Source: an uncultured Spirochaetota bacterium (lineage in GTDB: Bacteria > Spirochaetota > Brevinematia > Brevinematales > JAOACQ01). From it: DNA of 64,000 bases. The notes below the pieces were generated by a model, which did not search any database, was not told where the DNA came from, and saw nothing but the letters and a program-made list of their open reading frames with translations. The stretch is taken from contig CAWIGG010000002.1 in the NCBI GenBank assembly GCA_963835575.1, forward strand, positions 416,001 through 480,000, written 5' to 3'. Below, piece by piece: positions 18,891 to 29,227 of the stretch. Position 1 is the first letter of the stretch; each line of letters opens with the position of its first letter. The position numbers and the translations under genes are program-made.

Positions 18891-20414
18891 ATGTCATTAT
18901 TACTGGGTATAGATATTGGAACGTCCGGGACGAAAACAATACTTATTGATGAGAAAGGGAATCTCATAGGCAGCGCTTTGTATGAATATCCCATGTACCA
19001 GGACAGAATCGGCTGGGCGGAACAGGAACCTGAGGACTGGTGGCAGGCTGTCTGCAGGACTGTCAATGAAGTCATAAGGAAAAATTCCATCAACCCATCC
19101 GATATCAAAGGGATCGGTTTGACCGGCCAGATGCATGGGGCCGTGCTCCTGGGAAGCGATGACAGGGTTCTCAGAAGAGCTATTATCTGGTGCGACCAGA
19201 GAAGTTCCGACGAATGCGCTGAAATAACAAGCCTTATAGGTAAAAAGCGCTTGATAGAAATCACCGCGAATCCGGCCCTAACAGGCTTTACGGCTTCTAA
19301 AGTCCTCTGGGTAAAGAATCATGAAAGACAGACATTTGATAAAATTAAAAAAATCCTTCTTCCCAAGGATTATATCCGTTTCAAATTGACGGGTGAAACT
19401 GCGACGGATGTTTCGGACGCGAGCGGCATGCAGTATATGGACATTCCAAAAAGAACATGGAGCGAAGAGATTTTAAACAAGCTCGGTCTGGATCGATCGA
19501 TGCTCGCAAGACTTTATGAGTCCCCTGAGGTGACCGGCATGATCACGAAAAAGGCCTCAGAAGAAACCGGATTGAAAGAAGGCACTTCTGTAGTCGGCGG
19601 CGCCGGCGACCAGGCGGCGGGCGCGGTCGGCAACGGTATTGTTAAAAAGGGATTGATCTCGACGACCATCGGGACATCCGGCGTTGTTTTTGCCTATTCC
19701 GACGATGTGCTCATCGATCCGGAGGGGCGCGTCCATACCTTCTGCCATGCGGTTCCCGGGAAATACCATATCATGGGGGTGACCCAGGGAGCGGGGCTTT
19801 CTTTAAAATGGTTCAGGGATAATTTTTGTCAGAAGGAAAAACACGAAGCGGAGATAAAACGGATTGATCCTTATGATATTATGAGCCGGGAAGCCGAGGG
19901 CTCAAAACCGGGCAGCAACGGCATTGTTTATCTGCCGTACCTTATGGGCGAGCGCACGCCGCACCTGGATCCCTATGCCAGGGGCATATTTTTCGGCCTT
20001 TCGGCAAAGCATGTGAAAAATGATATGATCAGGGCGGTCATGGAAGGCGTTGTTTACAGTTTGAAGGACTGCCTGGCCGTCATTGAAGGATTGGGCATAG
20101 ACATCGGCGAAGTCAGGGCCTCGGGCGGCGGGGCCAGAAGCAATTTATGGCGGCAGATGCTCTCTGATATATTTAATAAAGACATCATGGTTGTGGAGAA
20201 CGGCGAAGGGCCTGCCCTGGGCGCCGCCATCCTGGCGGGAGCAGGGGCCGGGATTTATAAAAGCGTCGGGGAAGGATGTGATAGTGCTGTTAAAGCACGG
20301 AAAGTAAACAGTGTTGATCAGGAAAATCGCCGGCAGTACATGAGATACTATGAAATATATCAAAAGCTCTATCCGGCGCTGAAAGATATGTTCAGGGAAA
20401 TATCTAAAATTTAA
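18891..20414 (+). CDS. xylB: Xylulokinase
   Basis: GIDIGTSGTK, GQMHG, GAGDQAA, YLPYLMGERTPH motifs. Confidence 0.95.
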   Translation: MSLLLGIDIGTSGTKTILIDEKGNLIGSALYEYPMYQDRIGWAEQEPEDWWQAVCRTVNEVIRKNSINPSDIKGIGLTGQMHGAVLLGSDDRVLRRAIIWCDQRSSDECAEITSLIGKKRLIEITANPALTGFTASKVLWVKNHERQTFDKIKKILLPKDYIRFKLTGETATDVSDASGMQYMDIPKRTWSEEILNKLGLDRSMLARLYESPEVTGMITKKASEETGLKEGTSVVGGAGDQAAGAVGNGIVKKGLISTTIGTSGVVFAYSDDVLIDPEGRVHTFCHAVPGKYHIMGVTQGAGLSLKWFRDNFCQKEKHEAEIKRIDPYDIMSREAEGSKPGSNGIVYLPYLMGERTPHLDPYARGIFFGLSAKHVKNDMIRAVMEGVVYSLKDCLAVIEGLGIDIGEVRASGGGARSNLWRQMLSDIFNKDIMVVENGEGPALGAAILAGAGAGIYKSVGEGCDSAVKARKVNSVDQENRRQYMRYYEIYQKLYPALKDMFREISKI

Positions 20415-20538
20415 ATTTGGTTTTATGGTCCCGAAGATTTTATCGAAAATCTGTGGGCTCAATGCTCTGTGGTTTCATTTGTAATTAAGTTTAAAATAAA
20501 ATCAGTATTAATATAAGGAATTCTGAATGGAGGATTGT

Positions 20539-21672
20539 ATGGCAGGAAAAAAATCGCTTCACAGCATCTGCGCCTGGACCTTTAACGCCGGTAAAGGCGG
20601 GTTCGTTCCGGATGATATGCGCCCGGAATGGAAATCTGATAATTTAAGTACGGCCGGCGTGATACAGATCATTAAAAAGAAAATAGCCCCTAGGCTGCCT
20701 CAGAATATCGAGCTGGGCTTTGAGGCGCATTATGATAACGAGTATAATGAAAACAACGCCGCGGAACTGGCCGACGCTCTGACAGACGCCGGGATTTCCC
20801 TGGCCATGGCAACGCCGGGGGCGCACAAGCATTTTGCCTATGGAGGTATCGCATCGCTTGATCCGGAGGAAAGAAAAGAAGCGAATGAATTCGGCATGAA
20901 AGCTGTCGATCTGGTTTACGGACCATTAAAAAAAGCCTGGCACAAGGAAGAAAGCAAGGCGCCGGCATTCGTCCTGTGGAACGGTTCCTTCGGATATGAT
21001 CTGGCGACTATCGGAGTTAAAGGTATGTATCAGAATCTAAAGGACAGCGTCGCGCAGCTCTGCAGATACGAGGAAAAGAAAGGAGGAAAGCTCTATTTCG
21101 CAGTCGAGCCCAAGCCGAACGAAGGGCATCCGGCCATGCTCCTGCCGACTGTCGCCAGCGCCATTGTCTTCTGGAACAGGATCATTGATGAATATAAGCT
21201 GAAAAGGGAAAAAAAAGGCGTCAATAAGGAATTCGGCCATTCTGAAATGATCGGCCTGGACATCGTTAACGATACAGTGGAGGAGATTGACAATAACATG
21301 CTTGTCCATATGCATCTCAACAGCCAGGGATATAATGACGGGATCATTCTGGGAGGTCCCGGCAAATATGACATAGACCACGGAGTACGGATTAACGGCA
21401 TGAATATAGCCGTCGACGGATTGATACAGCAGGCAGGGTACAGCCGCTGGAAAGGCCATGACATGCAGGCTAGGGCGTATGATAGTGAGGAACAGGCAGT
21501 TGACAGGGTGATCCGGAGTATTTTAAGCTGGGAAGCCTGTGAAAGAGCGGCGGAGGAACTCAATCAAAAAGAGCTGATGGATTTTCTGGAAAAGAGGGAG
21601 ACGGCAAAAGCCGAAGACATGGTGCGGCATGCCGTTGTCAGCGCGCAGAAGCATTTTGACGAAATGTATTAG
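20539..21672 (+). CDS. xylA: Xylose isomerase, divergent class I-like
   Basis: FVLWNG, VEPKPNEG, EFGH, HLNSQ, DIDH motifs; adjacent to xylB. Confidence 0.7.
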   Translation: MAGKKSLHSICAWTFNAGKGGFVPDDMRPEWKSDNLSTAGVIQIIKKKIAPRLPQNIELGFEAHYDNEYNENNAAELADALTDAGISLAMATPGAHKHFAYGGIASLDPEERKEANEFGMKAVDLVYGPLKKAWHKEESKAPAFVLWNGSFGYDLATIGVKGMYQNLKDSVAQLCRYEEKKGGKLYFAVEPKPNEGHPAMLLPTVASAIVFWNRIIDEYKLKREKKGVNKEFGHSEMIGLDIVNDTVEEIDNNMLVHMHLNSQGYNDGIILGGPGKYDIDHGVRINGMNIAVDGLIQQAGYSRWKGHDMQARAYDSEEQAVDRVIRSILSWEACERAAEELNQKELMDFLEKRETAKAEDMVRHAVVSAQKHFDEMY

Positions 21673-21706
21673 CAATAAACAGCTATTTTTATTCGGCATT
21701 TATTCG

Positions 21707-21744
21707 GGGCAGTTCTAACAAACCGCAGTATAGTTGGACTGCCC
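21707..21744 (+). terminator. Stem-loop downstream of xylA
   Basis: gggcagttctaac...gttggactgccc followed by ttt. Confidence 0.5.
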
Positions 21745-21943
21745 TTTAATTTTTAACTTATTTTTACGAATTCATCTGACCGGCTAAAACCGGTAAAAAC
21801 TTCCTTTCAATTTAATATCTTATCTTGATTAAAATTTTCACGGAAAATTATTTTTGTTACTTTTACAGGTTTTCTCCGTAGTTATTATCAGGCAAGGTTA
21901 ATTAAACGATTAACCGCAAATATTTCTTATTAAGGAGAAAAAT

Positions 21944-22855
21944 ATGAGTAGAAGAATTTGTTTGATGCTGTTTATCACTGTTAGCCTGGTTATTGTATCA
22001 TGCTGCGGGAAGAAGATTATTGATGAAAAAAAAGAAGTTCAGAAATCGGCGAGCCCGGAGGCGCTGTCACTCCAGACAGATCAGGAGAGCAGGGCCGGTA
22101 ATTTCTACGGCAGGATGGAAGAGAAAGATGCGGATACATCCGCAAAAGAGGACGATTCTCTTAATTTTACTTTTATGCCGCAGACAAAAAAAGAATTGAT
22201 TAAAGGGCGTTATCTGGAATATATCGCCAATCTCACTTACAGAACGGCTCATTTCGCGGAATCCCGTCTGGAGCTGTTGAATATCATTGAAAAGTACGGG
22301 TTTCTTGTATCCGCAAGCGCTAACGCTGAATTATCGGCGTCAATGAACGTACAGGCTAATATTAAAGCAGAGTCTCTCTATCTTGTCATTAAGGAACTGG
22401 AAAGAGTCGGCGCCCTTGTTTCCGAGAACATCACTGTCAGCGATCATACGGGAGAAAGAGTATGGGCGAGTATCAAAGCCGACAGGGAAAAAATCCGTGT
22501 TGAAAGAAAAAACAAGGCTATCGGACAGATTACCGCCGCAAAAAGGACATGGGAAGGGGTCGAGGCCTCGCTGGAAGCGAGCGAAGACGCCGCCGACCAG
22601 GCCGAATACCAGGAATGGTCCATTAATGATCTTGTCAGCTGGGCTAAATTCAATATTCAGCTGGAAGGCCCGAAAAAGCTTGATAACATTCAGGCCCCCG
22701 ATTACCGGAAAGCCGGAATATTACTCCTGAATTTCCTCATCCGGTTATCATATTATCTATTAATCGCATCGCCCTTTATAGTCTCAGCAGTCATTGTATT
22801 ATGGAAGAGAAAAGCGATACTCGGTCTATTAAAAAAGAAAGAAAAAAGAAATTAA
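21944..22855 (+). CDS. DUF4349-like lipoprotein with C-terminal TM anchor
   Basis: Lipobox-like VSCC, coiled coil, C-terminal hydrophobic helix with basic tail. Confidence 0.65.
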   Translation: MSRRICLMLFITVSLVIVSCCGKKIIDEKKEVQKSASPEALSLQTDQESRAGNFYGRMEEKDADTSAKEDDSLNFTFMPQTKKELIKGRYLEYIANLTYRTAHFAESRLELLNIIEKYGFLVSASANAELSASMNVQANIKAESLYLVIKELERVGALVSENITVSDHTGERVWASIKADREKIRVERKNKAIGQITAAKRTWEGVEASLEASEDAADQAEYQEWSINDLVSWAKFNIQLEGPKKLDNIQAPDYRKAGILLLNFLIRLSYYLLIASPFIVSAVIVLWKRKAILGLLKKKEKRN

Positions 22856-22869
22856 TAGTAATGAGAATT

Positions 22870-22901
22870 AAAATACCCGCTGAATCGGCGGGTATTTTTT
22901 T
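22870..22901 (+). terminator. Rho-independent terminator
   Basis: aaaatacccgc...gcgggtattttttt. Confidence 0.8.
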
Positions 22902-23063
22902 ATACTATAAATAAATCTATCTTCCACGAATTAATTTTAAAAAGTTACAATCTGAATTTTATTATAGTGATTTACCATCATTCTAATTTATTTTTTAATT
23001 ATTATTGGGGAGATCAGGGGAGTTGGGCAAAATAGTACGCTAAGAGATTTCAACCCGTAAAGA

Positions 23064-23372
23064 TTATATCTTCAGGAGAGTATAAGAATCCTTTTTATAC
23101 TCTTTTTTGTTCGGGTGCGCTATGATTTCCAAGCCCACGTCAAGACTGGATAAATATTCAATCAAGGTAGATATTTTAATATCTTTTCTGTTTTCGATTT
23201 GAGATATGCTCTCCTGGGAAAACCCTATCATGTCACCCTGCCTTATCCCTAATTTTTCCCTCATTTCTTTAAGGTGGTATTGTAACGCCTTCGCTTCGGC
23301 TCTCGCATTAGCTTCCTGGACTTTATCATGAGGTAAATTTTTTTCTGCTTTTTTAAAATAATCGCCTACCAT
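23064..23372 (-). CDS. HTH (XRE/HigA-like) antitoxin
   Basis: LKEMRE..SQESISQIENRKDIKISTL HTH; downstream of the toxin. Confidence 0.85.
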   Translation of the reverse strand: MVGDYFKKAEKNLPHDKVQEANARAEAKALQYHLKEMREKLGIRQGDMIGFSQESISQIENRKDIKISTLIEYLSSLDVGLEIIAHPNKKEYKKDSYTLLKI

Positions 23373-23384
23373 ATCAGACCTCCG

Positions 23385-23735
23385 TTATTTGATATATTTA
23401 TCATACAATTTTTCCGCTATCGGAATATACTCATTATAGAATCTATTATTTCCCCGTTTATCGCCGCCGATTAAAAGTATTCCTTTTCTGCTAGGATCGA
23501 AAGCGTAAAATATTCGATAAACATGCTTGTTATGTTTGATCCTTAGCTCTTTTAAATTTTTGTACTTGCTCCCATGAATCGTATCGGCGTAAGGTCTGCC
23601 TAACTCCGGGCCGATAAGGCTCAAATACCTAACATCTTCATAAATGGCTAAACGGGTATCATCATCCAGCGGGTCATGCCATTCGTCAAATTCATCAACA
23701 CTGATTATATCCCACTTATTTTTTAAATTTATCAT
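23385..23735 (-). CDS. RelE/ParE-superfamily toxin (Gp49/HigB-like)
   Basis: LGRPYADT..KNLKELR..RIFYAFDP..ILLIGGDK. Confidence 0.9.
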   Translation of the reverse strand: MINLKNKWDIISVDEFDEWHDPLDDDTRLAIYEDVRYLSLIGPELGRPYADTIHGSKYKNLKELRIKHNKHVYRIFYAFDPSRKGILLIGGDKRGNNRFYNEYIPIAEKLYDKYIK

Positions 23736-23751
23736 GCTTACCTTCGTTTAT

Positions 23752-23780
23752 AATATAATGCACACATTATATAATGTCAA
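23752..23780 (-). promoter_or_regulatory. Toxin-antitoxin promoter with palindromic operator
   Basis: Minus-strand TTGACA-17-TATATT overlapping ATATAATG-CACA-CATTATAT. Confidence 0.65.
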
Positions 23781-23987
23781 GATTATATTAAATATCATAT
23801 AAAAAAGAGAGGCAGTTCACGAAACGGAAAATATCGTACGATAAAACAATAATTTCAACGTTGCTAAAACAAACTAAAATAGCAACATGGAGAGCTAAAA
23901 TAGCCCTGGAAGTCAATAAAATATCTGGACAAAATGGCTAAAATCAGTTAATATGTTGCTATAATAATGATATAGCATGGAGCGCAA

Positions 23988-24581
23988 ATGGACAATTATT
24001 ATCCCGCAATACCACCTTCTTCTGAAACCGATATTCCGGATCAAGGTCCTGGCGATTGGTATGATGGAGAAACAATCAAGTATTTTACCATGGATGAAGC
24101 TGACAAAATACTATCTTCAGTTTCAGATTGGTACAAACTTGTTTACCTTTTTTTGTTTGAAACAGCAACCCGAATTCAGGAAGCTCGCGCGATCCGGATC
24201 CGGGACATCGATTTCAGAAGTAACCGACTCCGGGCAAATACTCTTAAACAAAGAAAAACAGCTTCCCGGATTCTTCCTATATCCGACCGGCTTAAATCTA
24301 TGATACTTCTGCACCAGGTTCAGCATGGGTTAATAGCAGAAGATTTTGTTCTGGCCAAGGAAACGGGTCAGAAATCGATCTCCCGTCAGGTGATCCATAC
24401 AAGCATGATCCGACACTGTAAAGAACTGGGTATTGAGAAAGATAAAACATCACCTCACACCTGGCGGCATACCCGCGCGATCCAGCTGCTTGAATCCGGA
24501 GAGATAGATGTGGTACGCTTAAAGGACTTCCTGGGTCACCGTAGCCTTGCTTCTACACTTGTTTATGTGAAATTTCTCTAA
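23988..24581 (+). CDS. Tyrosine recombinase, probable cointegrate resolvase; possible frameshift near 24574 with true end 24636
   Basis: Catalytic set TRIQEA, K, HTWRH, LGH...Y; directly upstream of tnpA. Confidence 0.85.
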   Translation: MDNYYPAIPPSSETDIPDQGPGDWYDGETIKYFTMDEADKILSSVSDWYKLVYLFLFETATRIQEARAIRIRDIDFRSNRLRANTLKQRKTASRILPISDRLKSMILLHQVQHGLIAEDFVLAKETGQKSISRQVIHTSMIRHCKELGIEKDKTSPHTWRHTRAIQLLESGEIDVVRLKDFLGHRSLASTLVYVKFL

Positions 24582-24647
24582 CAAACAAGTTAACGAGGCC
24601 GTACAGAGGGCGAATATGAAGTTAGGGCTTCGATAGGAGAAAAACGC

Positions 24648-27614
24648 ATGACCTTTCATTCCATACTTTCTGCGACCGAGCGAACCAGTCTTCTGATCCT
24701 CCCGGACAACCAGAACGATTTGATCCGTTATTACACGTTTAACGAGACAGATTTGTCTCTTATCCGACAACGCCGCGGCGATCCCAACCGGATCGGATTT
24801 GCAGTTCAATTGTCACTATTCCGGTATCCTGGAACCGGTCTTACTGACGATCTTGAGATTACCCCGACATTCCTCCAATGGATCGGGAAACAGATCGGGG
24901 TTGACCCGGAAGTATGGAATCATTACGCCCTGCGGGACGAAACCCGCCGGGAACACTATCAGGAAATCCGGTCTTACCTGAATATGGAAACCTTTGGACT
25001 TCATCATTTCCGTCAGCTTGTGACCAACTTGACAGAGATGGCGATGCAAACCGATAAGGGAGTTCTCCTGGCTTCCAAAGCAGTCGAACTTCTCCGGGAA
25101 AAGCAGGTCATACTCCCATCTCTCCAGGTGATCGAAAGAATATGCCTGAAAGCTATTACAAGCGCCAACCGCCGTATCTACAGGACGCTGGTTGAACCGT
25201 TATCTGATACCCACCGGAAAATGTTAGACCTCCTTCTGACTATCCGGCCTGAAAGTAATATCACCTGGCTTGTCTGGCTCCGGCAATCCCCATTTAAGAC
25301 CAGTTCCACATATATTCTAGAACATATAGAACGCCTGAATACCTTTAAAACTTTGGCGCTTCCGGACGGTATCGGTCGTCTGATCCATCAAAACAGGCTC
25401 TTAAAAATCGCTCGTGAAGGGTCTCAGATGACTCCAAAAGATCTCAAAGATTTTCATGATGATAGACGTTATGCTACAATGATCGCTATTGTACTTGAGG
25501 GGATGGCAACTATTACAGATGAGCTGATAGCCCTTCATGACCGGGTGATGATGAAACTTTTCAGCACAGCCCAGCATAAACACCAGCAGCAGTTTCAAGA
25601 ACACGGAAAATCTATCAACGAGAAAGTCCGACTATACTCCCGGATAGGTCATGCCCTTATGACTGCTAAGGATAAGGGGGAAGATCCCTTTAAAGCTATT
25701 GAAAATATTCTTTCATGGGATGATTTCACTCGCAGCATTTCTGAAGCAGATACACTCGCTCAGCCTGAATCCTTCGACCACTTACACCTGATCGTTGAGC
25801 AATTCAGTACCCTGAGACGTTACACTCCGAAACTTCTGGATGTTTTACAGTTGCGAACCGTTCCGGCCGCCCAGTATATACTGGATGCCATTAATTTAAT
25901 CCGGCAGATGAACCAAGAAAACACCCGTAAGATACCGCAGGATGCTCCCACTGAATTCATCAAACCCCGGTGGAGACCTTTGGTATTAAAGGAGGACGGA
26001 ATTGACCGCCGATATTATGAAATATGCGCCCTTTCGGAACTGAAAAATTCCTTGCGTTCCGGAGATATCTGGGTCTATGGCTCCCGGCAGTTTAGGGATT
26101 TTGATGAATACCTGCTTCCGCTGGAAAATTTTCGGAACCTCCTGGAAACGAACACTTTACCCGTAGAGGTGGACACGGACTACGACCGATACTTGAAAGG
26201 ACGTTTAACGCTACTGGAAAACCAATTATCCACAGTCTGTCGGTTGGCTGAATCAAATGAACTTCCGGACACAATCATTACCGAATCTGGTTTCAAGATA
26301 TCTCCACAAGAAACCGTGGTACCCGCGGAAGCACAGACCCTGATCGACCATACAGGTTCCTTACTTCCCCGCGTCAAGATCACAGAACTTCTTATGGACG
26401 TAGATGAATGGACGGGTTTTTCCCGTCATTTCGTCCACCTGAAGGACGGCGAACCGGCTAAAGACAGAACCCTTCTTCTGGCAGCGATTCTATCCGATGC
26501 CATTAACCTCGGATTGTCTAAAATGGCGGAATCATGTCCTGGCATGACATATTCCAAGTTATCCTGGCTCCAGGCATGGCACATCCGGGACGATACATAT
26601 TCCTCCGCACTGGCTGAATTGGTCAATGCCCAATACCGTCATTCATTCGCGGCTTATTGGGGTGACGGTACCACTTCATCATCCGATGGCCAACGATTCC
26701 GCGCCGGCAGCAAAGCTGAAGCAAGCGGACATATAAATCCGAAGTACGGAAGTGAACCGGGAAGGTTGTTTTATACCCACATATCAGATCAGTACGCTCC
26801 CTTCAGTTCTAAACTGGTCAATGTAGGTATCAGGGATTCTACCTTTGTGCTTGATGGACTTCTTTACCACGAATCAGACCTTCGGATCAAGGAACATTAT
26901 ACCGATACGGCAGGTTTCACCGACCATGTTTTTGCCCTTATGCACCTTCTTGGGTTCCGTTTCGCGCCCCGCATCCGAGATTTGAAAGATACAAAACTAT
27001 ATCTCCCCAATAACGGGCAAGAATACACCATTCTGGGGCCGATGATCGGCGGAAAAATCAATTTCAAACAAATCCGGGATCATTGGAACGAGATACTCCG
27101 GCTGGCCGCATCTATTAAGCAGGGTACCGTGACGGCATCTTTGATGATCAGAAAACTTGGCAGTTACCCTCGACAAAATGGGCTGGCAGTTGCTCTCCGG
27201 GAACTGGGAAGGATCGAGCGAACCCTGTTCATCCTGGATTGGTTGCAGAATGTCGAACTCCGGCGGAGAGTGCATGCAGGCCTCAATAAAGGCGAGGCTA
27301 GAAATGCCCTGGCTCGCTCCGTATTCTTTAACCGTCTGGGAGAAATACGTGACCGGAGTTTTGAACAACAGCGGTACCGGGCGAGTGGATTGAACCTGGT
27401 AACAGCTGCAATTGTTCTTTGGAATACTGTTTATCTGGAAAGGGCTACAAATGCACTTCGGGAAAAGGGCCGCAAAGTGAATGTGGAATTGCTTCAGTAT
27501 CTGTCACCTTTGGGATGGGAACATATCAACTTGACTGGTGATTATGTTTGGCCGGAGAATCCAAGGCTGCCGGGAGAAGGGACATTTCGACCTTTACGGA
27601 CAGGAGAAATCTAG
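24648..27614 (+). CDS. tnpA: Tn3-family transposase (Tn21/Tn1721-like)
   Basis: 988 aa; [39 protein letters not shown] motifs. Confidence 0.97.
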   Translation: MTFHSILSATERTSLLILPDNQNDLIRYYTFNETDLSLIRQRRGDPNRIGFAVQLSLFRYPGTGLTDDLEITPTFLQWIGKQIGVDPEVWNHYALRDETRREHYQEIRSYLNMETFGLHHFRQLVTNLTEMAMQTDKGVLLASKAVELLREKQVILPSLQVIERICLKAITSANRRIYRTLVEPLSDTHRKMLDLLLTIRPESNITWLVWLRQSPFKTSSTYILEHIERLNTFKTLALPDGIGRLIHQNRLLKIAREGSQMTPKDLKDFHDDRRYATMIAIVLEGMATITDELIALHDRVMMKLFSTAQHKHQQQFQEHGKSINEKVRLYSRIGHALMTAKDKGEDPFKAIENILSWDDFTRSISEADTLAQPESFDHLHLIVEQFSTLRRYTPKLLDVLQLRTVPAAQYILDAINLIRQMNQENTRKIPQDAPTEFIKPRWRPLVLKEDGIDRRYYEICALSELKNSLRSGDIWVYGSRQFRDFDEYLLPLENFRNLLETNTLPVEVDTDYDRYLKGRLTLLENQLSTVCRLAESNELPDTIITESGFKISPQETVVPAEAQTLIDHTGSLLPRVKITELLMDVDEWTGFSRHFVHLKDGEPAKDRTLLLAAILSDAINLGLSKMAESCPGMTYSKLSWLQAWHIRDDTYSSALAELVNAQYRHSFAAYWGDGTTSSSDGQRFRAGSKAEASGHINPKYGSEPGRLFYTHISDQYAPFSSKLVNVGIRDSTFVLDGLLYHESDLRIKEHYTDTAGFTDHVFALMHLLGFRFAPRIRDLKDTKLYLPNNGQEYTILGPMIGGKINFKQIRDHWNEILRLAASIKQGTVTASLMIRKLGSYPRQNGLAVALRELGRIERTLFILDWLQNVELRRRVHAGLNKGEARNALARSVFFNRLGEIRDRSFEQQRYRASGLNLVTAAIVLWNTVYLERATNALREKGRKVNVELLQYLSPLGWEHINLTGDYVWPENPRLPGEGTFRPLRTGEI

Positions 27615-27696
27615 CCCATGCAGATTATTTCTTGTTGCAAGAGTATTTGGTTCAGTCCAAAAAAAGATATATGGATATTGCATTATTTCAAAAATA

Positions 27697-28290
27697 CTAA
27701 ACATTGCACAAATTTATAAGCCTGGTAATTAAATTATCTATATATACAGCTAAATCAATTTTACTATCCAATATCACTGAATCGAAAGCCATGTCCGCGA
27801 AAGAAACGAGTATCCTTGTCAGTATTTGAACATCAATATAATCCAAATCTGGGTAACGCTGTTTGATCACATCAAAAAGTTGATTATGTGAGACGTCAAG
27901 CTGCAATAACCATGCTGCGCGAAGAGACGGAGTTTTACGGACTAATTTCACCAGTAGTTCAAGGCGGGTATTCATCGCTTCTTCCACAGTCGCCTGGATA
28001 GCGTTCCTTAATGAAATCAACGGCTTTTCATCTGCCGGACGATTTGACAAAAAAATCAAGGTCAATTTACCTAAATCGACAATGTTGCTCAGAATCACAT
28101 CTTCTTTCGATTTGAAGTAGCGAAAAAAAGTTCGTTTTGAAGTACCGGCTGCTTTAACTATTTGATCGATGGTTGTTTCTTCATACCCTTGACTTTTAAA
28201 AAGTTCAAAAGCAGCATCAAAAATACTATTAAGAGAAAACTCATGCTGCCGGGTGCGAAGATTTTTTATCTGGCTATTATTTTCAATCAT
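27697..28290 (-). CDS. TetR family regulator, copy 1
   Basis: GYEETTIDQIVKAAGTSKRTFFRYFKSKED. Confidence 0.92.
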   Translation of the reverse strand: MIENNSQIKNLRTRQHEFSLNSIFDAAFELFKSQGYEETTIDQIVKAAGTSKRTFFRYFKSKEDVILSNIVDLGKLTLIFLSNRPADEKPLISLRNAIQATVEEAMNTRLELLVKLVRKTPSLRAAWLLQLDVSHNQLFDVIKQRYPDLDYIDVQILTRILVSFADMAFDSVILDSKIDLAVYIDNLITRLINLCNV

Positions 28291-28308
28291 ATAATCATTA
28301 TATATTAA

Positions 28309-28427
28309 TTGGCATTAAGTGTCAATATGATATATATAGAATAAAAATAATATATTATGCCACTATTGACATATAGTGTCCGATATGGTACAATGATACC
28401 ACAGACACTATATGACACTTAGTGCCA
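28309..28427. promoter_or_regulatory. Divergent promoter region with candidate TetR operators
   Basis: TTGGCATTAAGTGTCAA (28309), TGACACTTAGTGCCA (28413), promoter TTGACA-17-TACAAT (28366-28394); similar boxes occur in copy 2. Confidence 0.65.
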
Positions 28428-28450
28428 ATTTAATTTTTTGGAGGTTATTT

Positions 28451-29224
28451 ATGAAAGTACAAATTATGGTAATGGGTTGTCTGCTTTTCGCTTCGGCAGC
28501 ATTTGGTGCTCCAGACGCAGATGAGATAATGAGCAAGTCTTACGGCTTGCCGAAGGCTAACGATATGGTCTCTACCACAATAATGACATTGAAACAGGCC
28601 GGTGGTTTAAAAAAACGTGCCATCAAATCCTATATGCGGAAAACCGATTTAGGCAATGATTCTCTGGCTGAGTTTGTATCTCCGGCGGATGTGGCCGGTA
28701 CCAAATTCCTGACGATCGGAAATAAAAAAGAAGGGGATGTTCAACATTTATTCCTTCCTGCATTGGGAAAAATCAGGAAAATAGCGTCATCTGGCAAAAG
28801 CGGGAAATTTATGGGGTCAGAATTATCTTATTACGATATTGAAGAGCATTCCCAAGAAGATTTTAGCTATACTTATTTAAGTACCGGCCAAATTCAGGCT
28901 GTCAGAAACGAGACCAATACAACTATTTCCTGCTATTTGATTCAAAGTATACCCAAAAAGCTTGATGCTCCCTATTCGAAAATTATCCTTTGGATAGCTC
29001 AGGATGATTACTTTACCTATAAATCAGAAATGCATGATAAGAACGGTGAACTGGAAAAGACCGTATATAATAATGAAGTGAAAACTATAAACGGTATAAT
29101 CATAGCTGTACAAACGGTTGTAGAAAGTGTATCTGGTAATTCCACTACGATACAAACTGAAAAATGTGTCATCAATAACGGGGTTCAACCAGATATTTTC
29201 AGCATAAAATATCTGGAGAAGTAA
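28451..29224 (+). CDS. LolA-like outer-membrane lipoprotein-sorting family protein, copy 1
   Basis: F.SPADVAGTKFL, LFLPALGKIRKI, FMGSELSYYD motifs; signal peptide. Confidence 0.85.
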   Translation: MKVQIMVMGCLLFASAAFGAPDADEIMSKSYGLPKANDMVSTTIMTLKQAGGLKKRAIKSYMRKTDLGNDSLAEFVSPADVAGTKFLTIGNKKEGDVQHLFLPALGKIRKIASSGKSGKFMGSELSYYDIEEHSQEDFSYTYLSTGQIQAVRNETNTTISCYLIQSIPKKLDAPYSKIILWIAQDDYFTYKSEMHDKNGELEKTVYNNEVKTINGIIIAVQTVVESVSGNSTTIQTEKCVINNGVQPDIFSIKYLEK

Positions 29225-29227
29225 CTT

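Noticed and set aside
23977..24303. 108-aa ORF overlapping the recombinase
   Set aside because: Alternate frame; the 23988 frame has the RBS and all catalytic residues.
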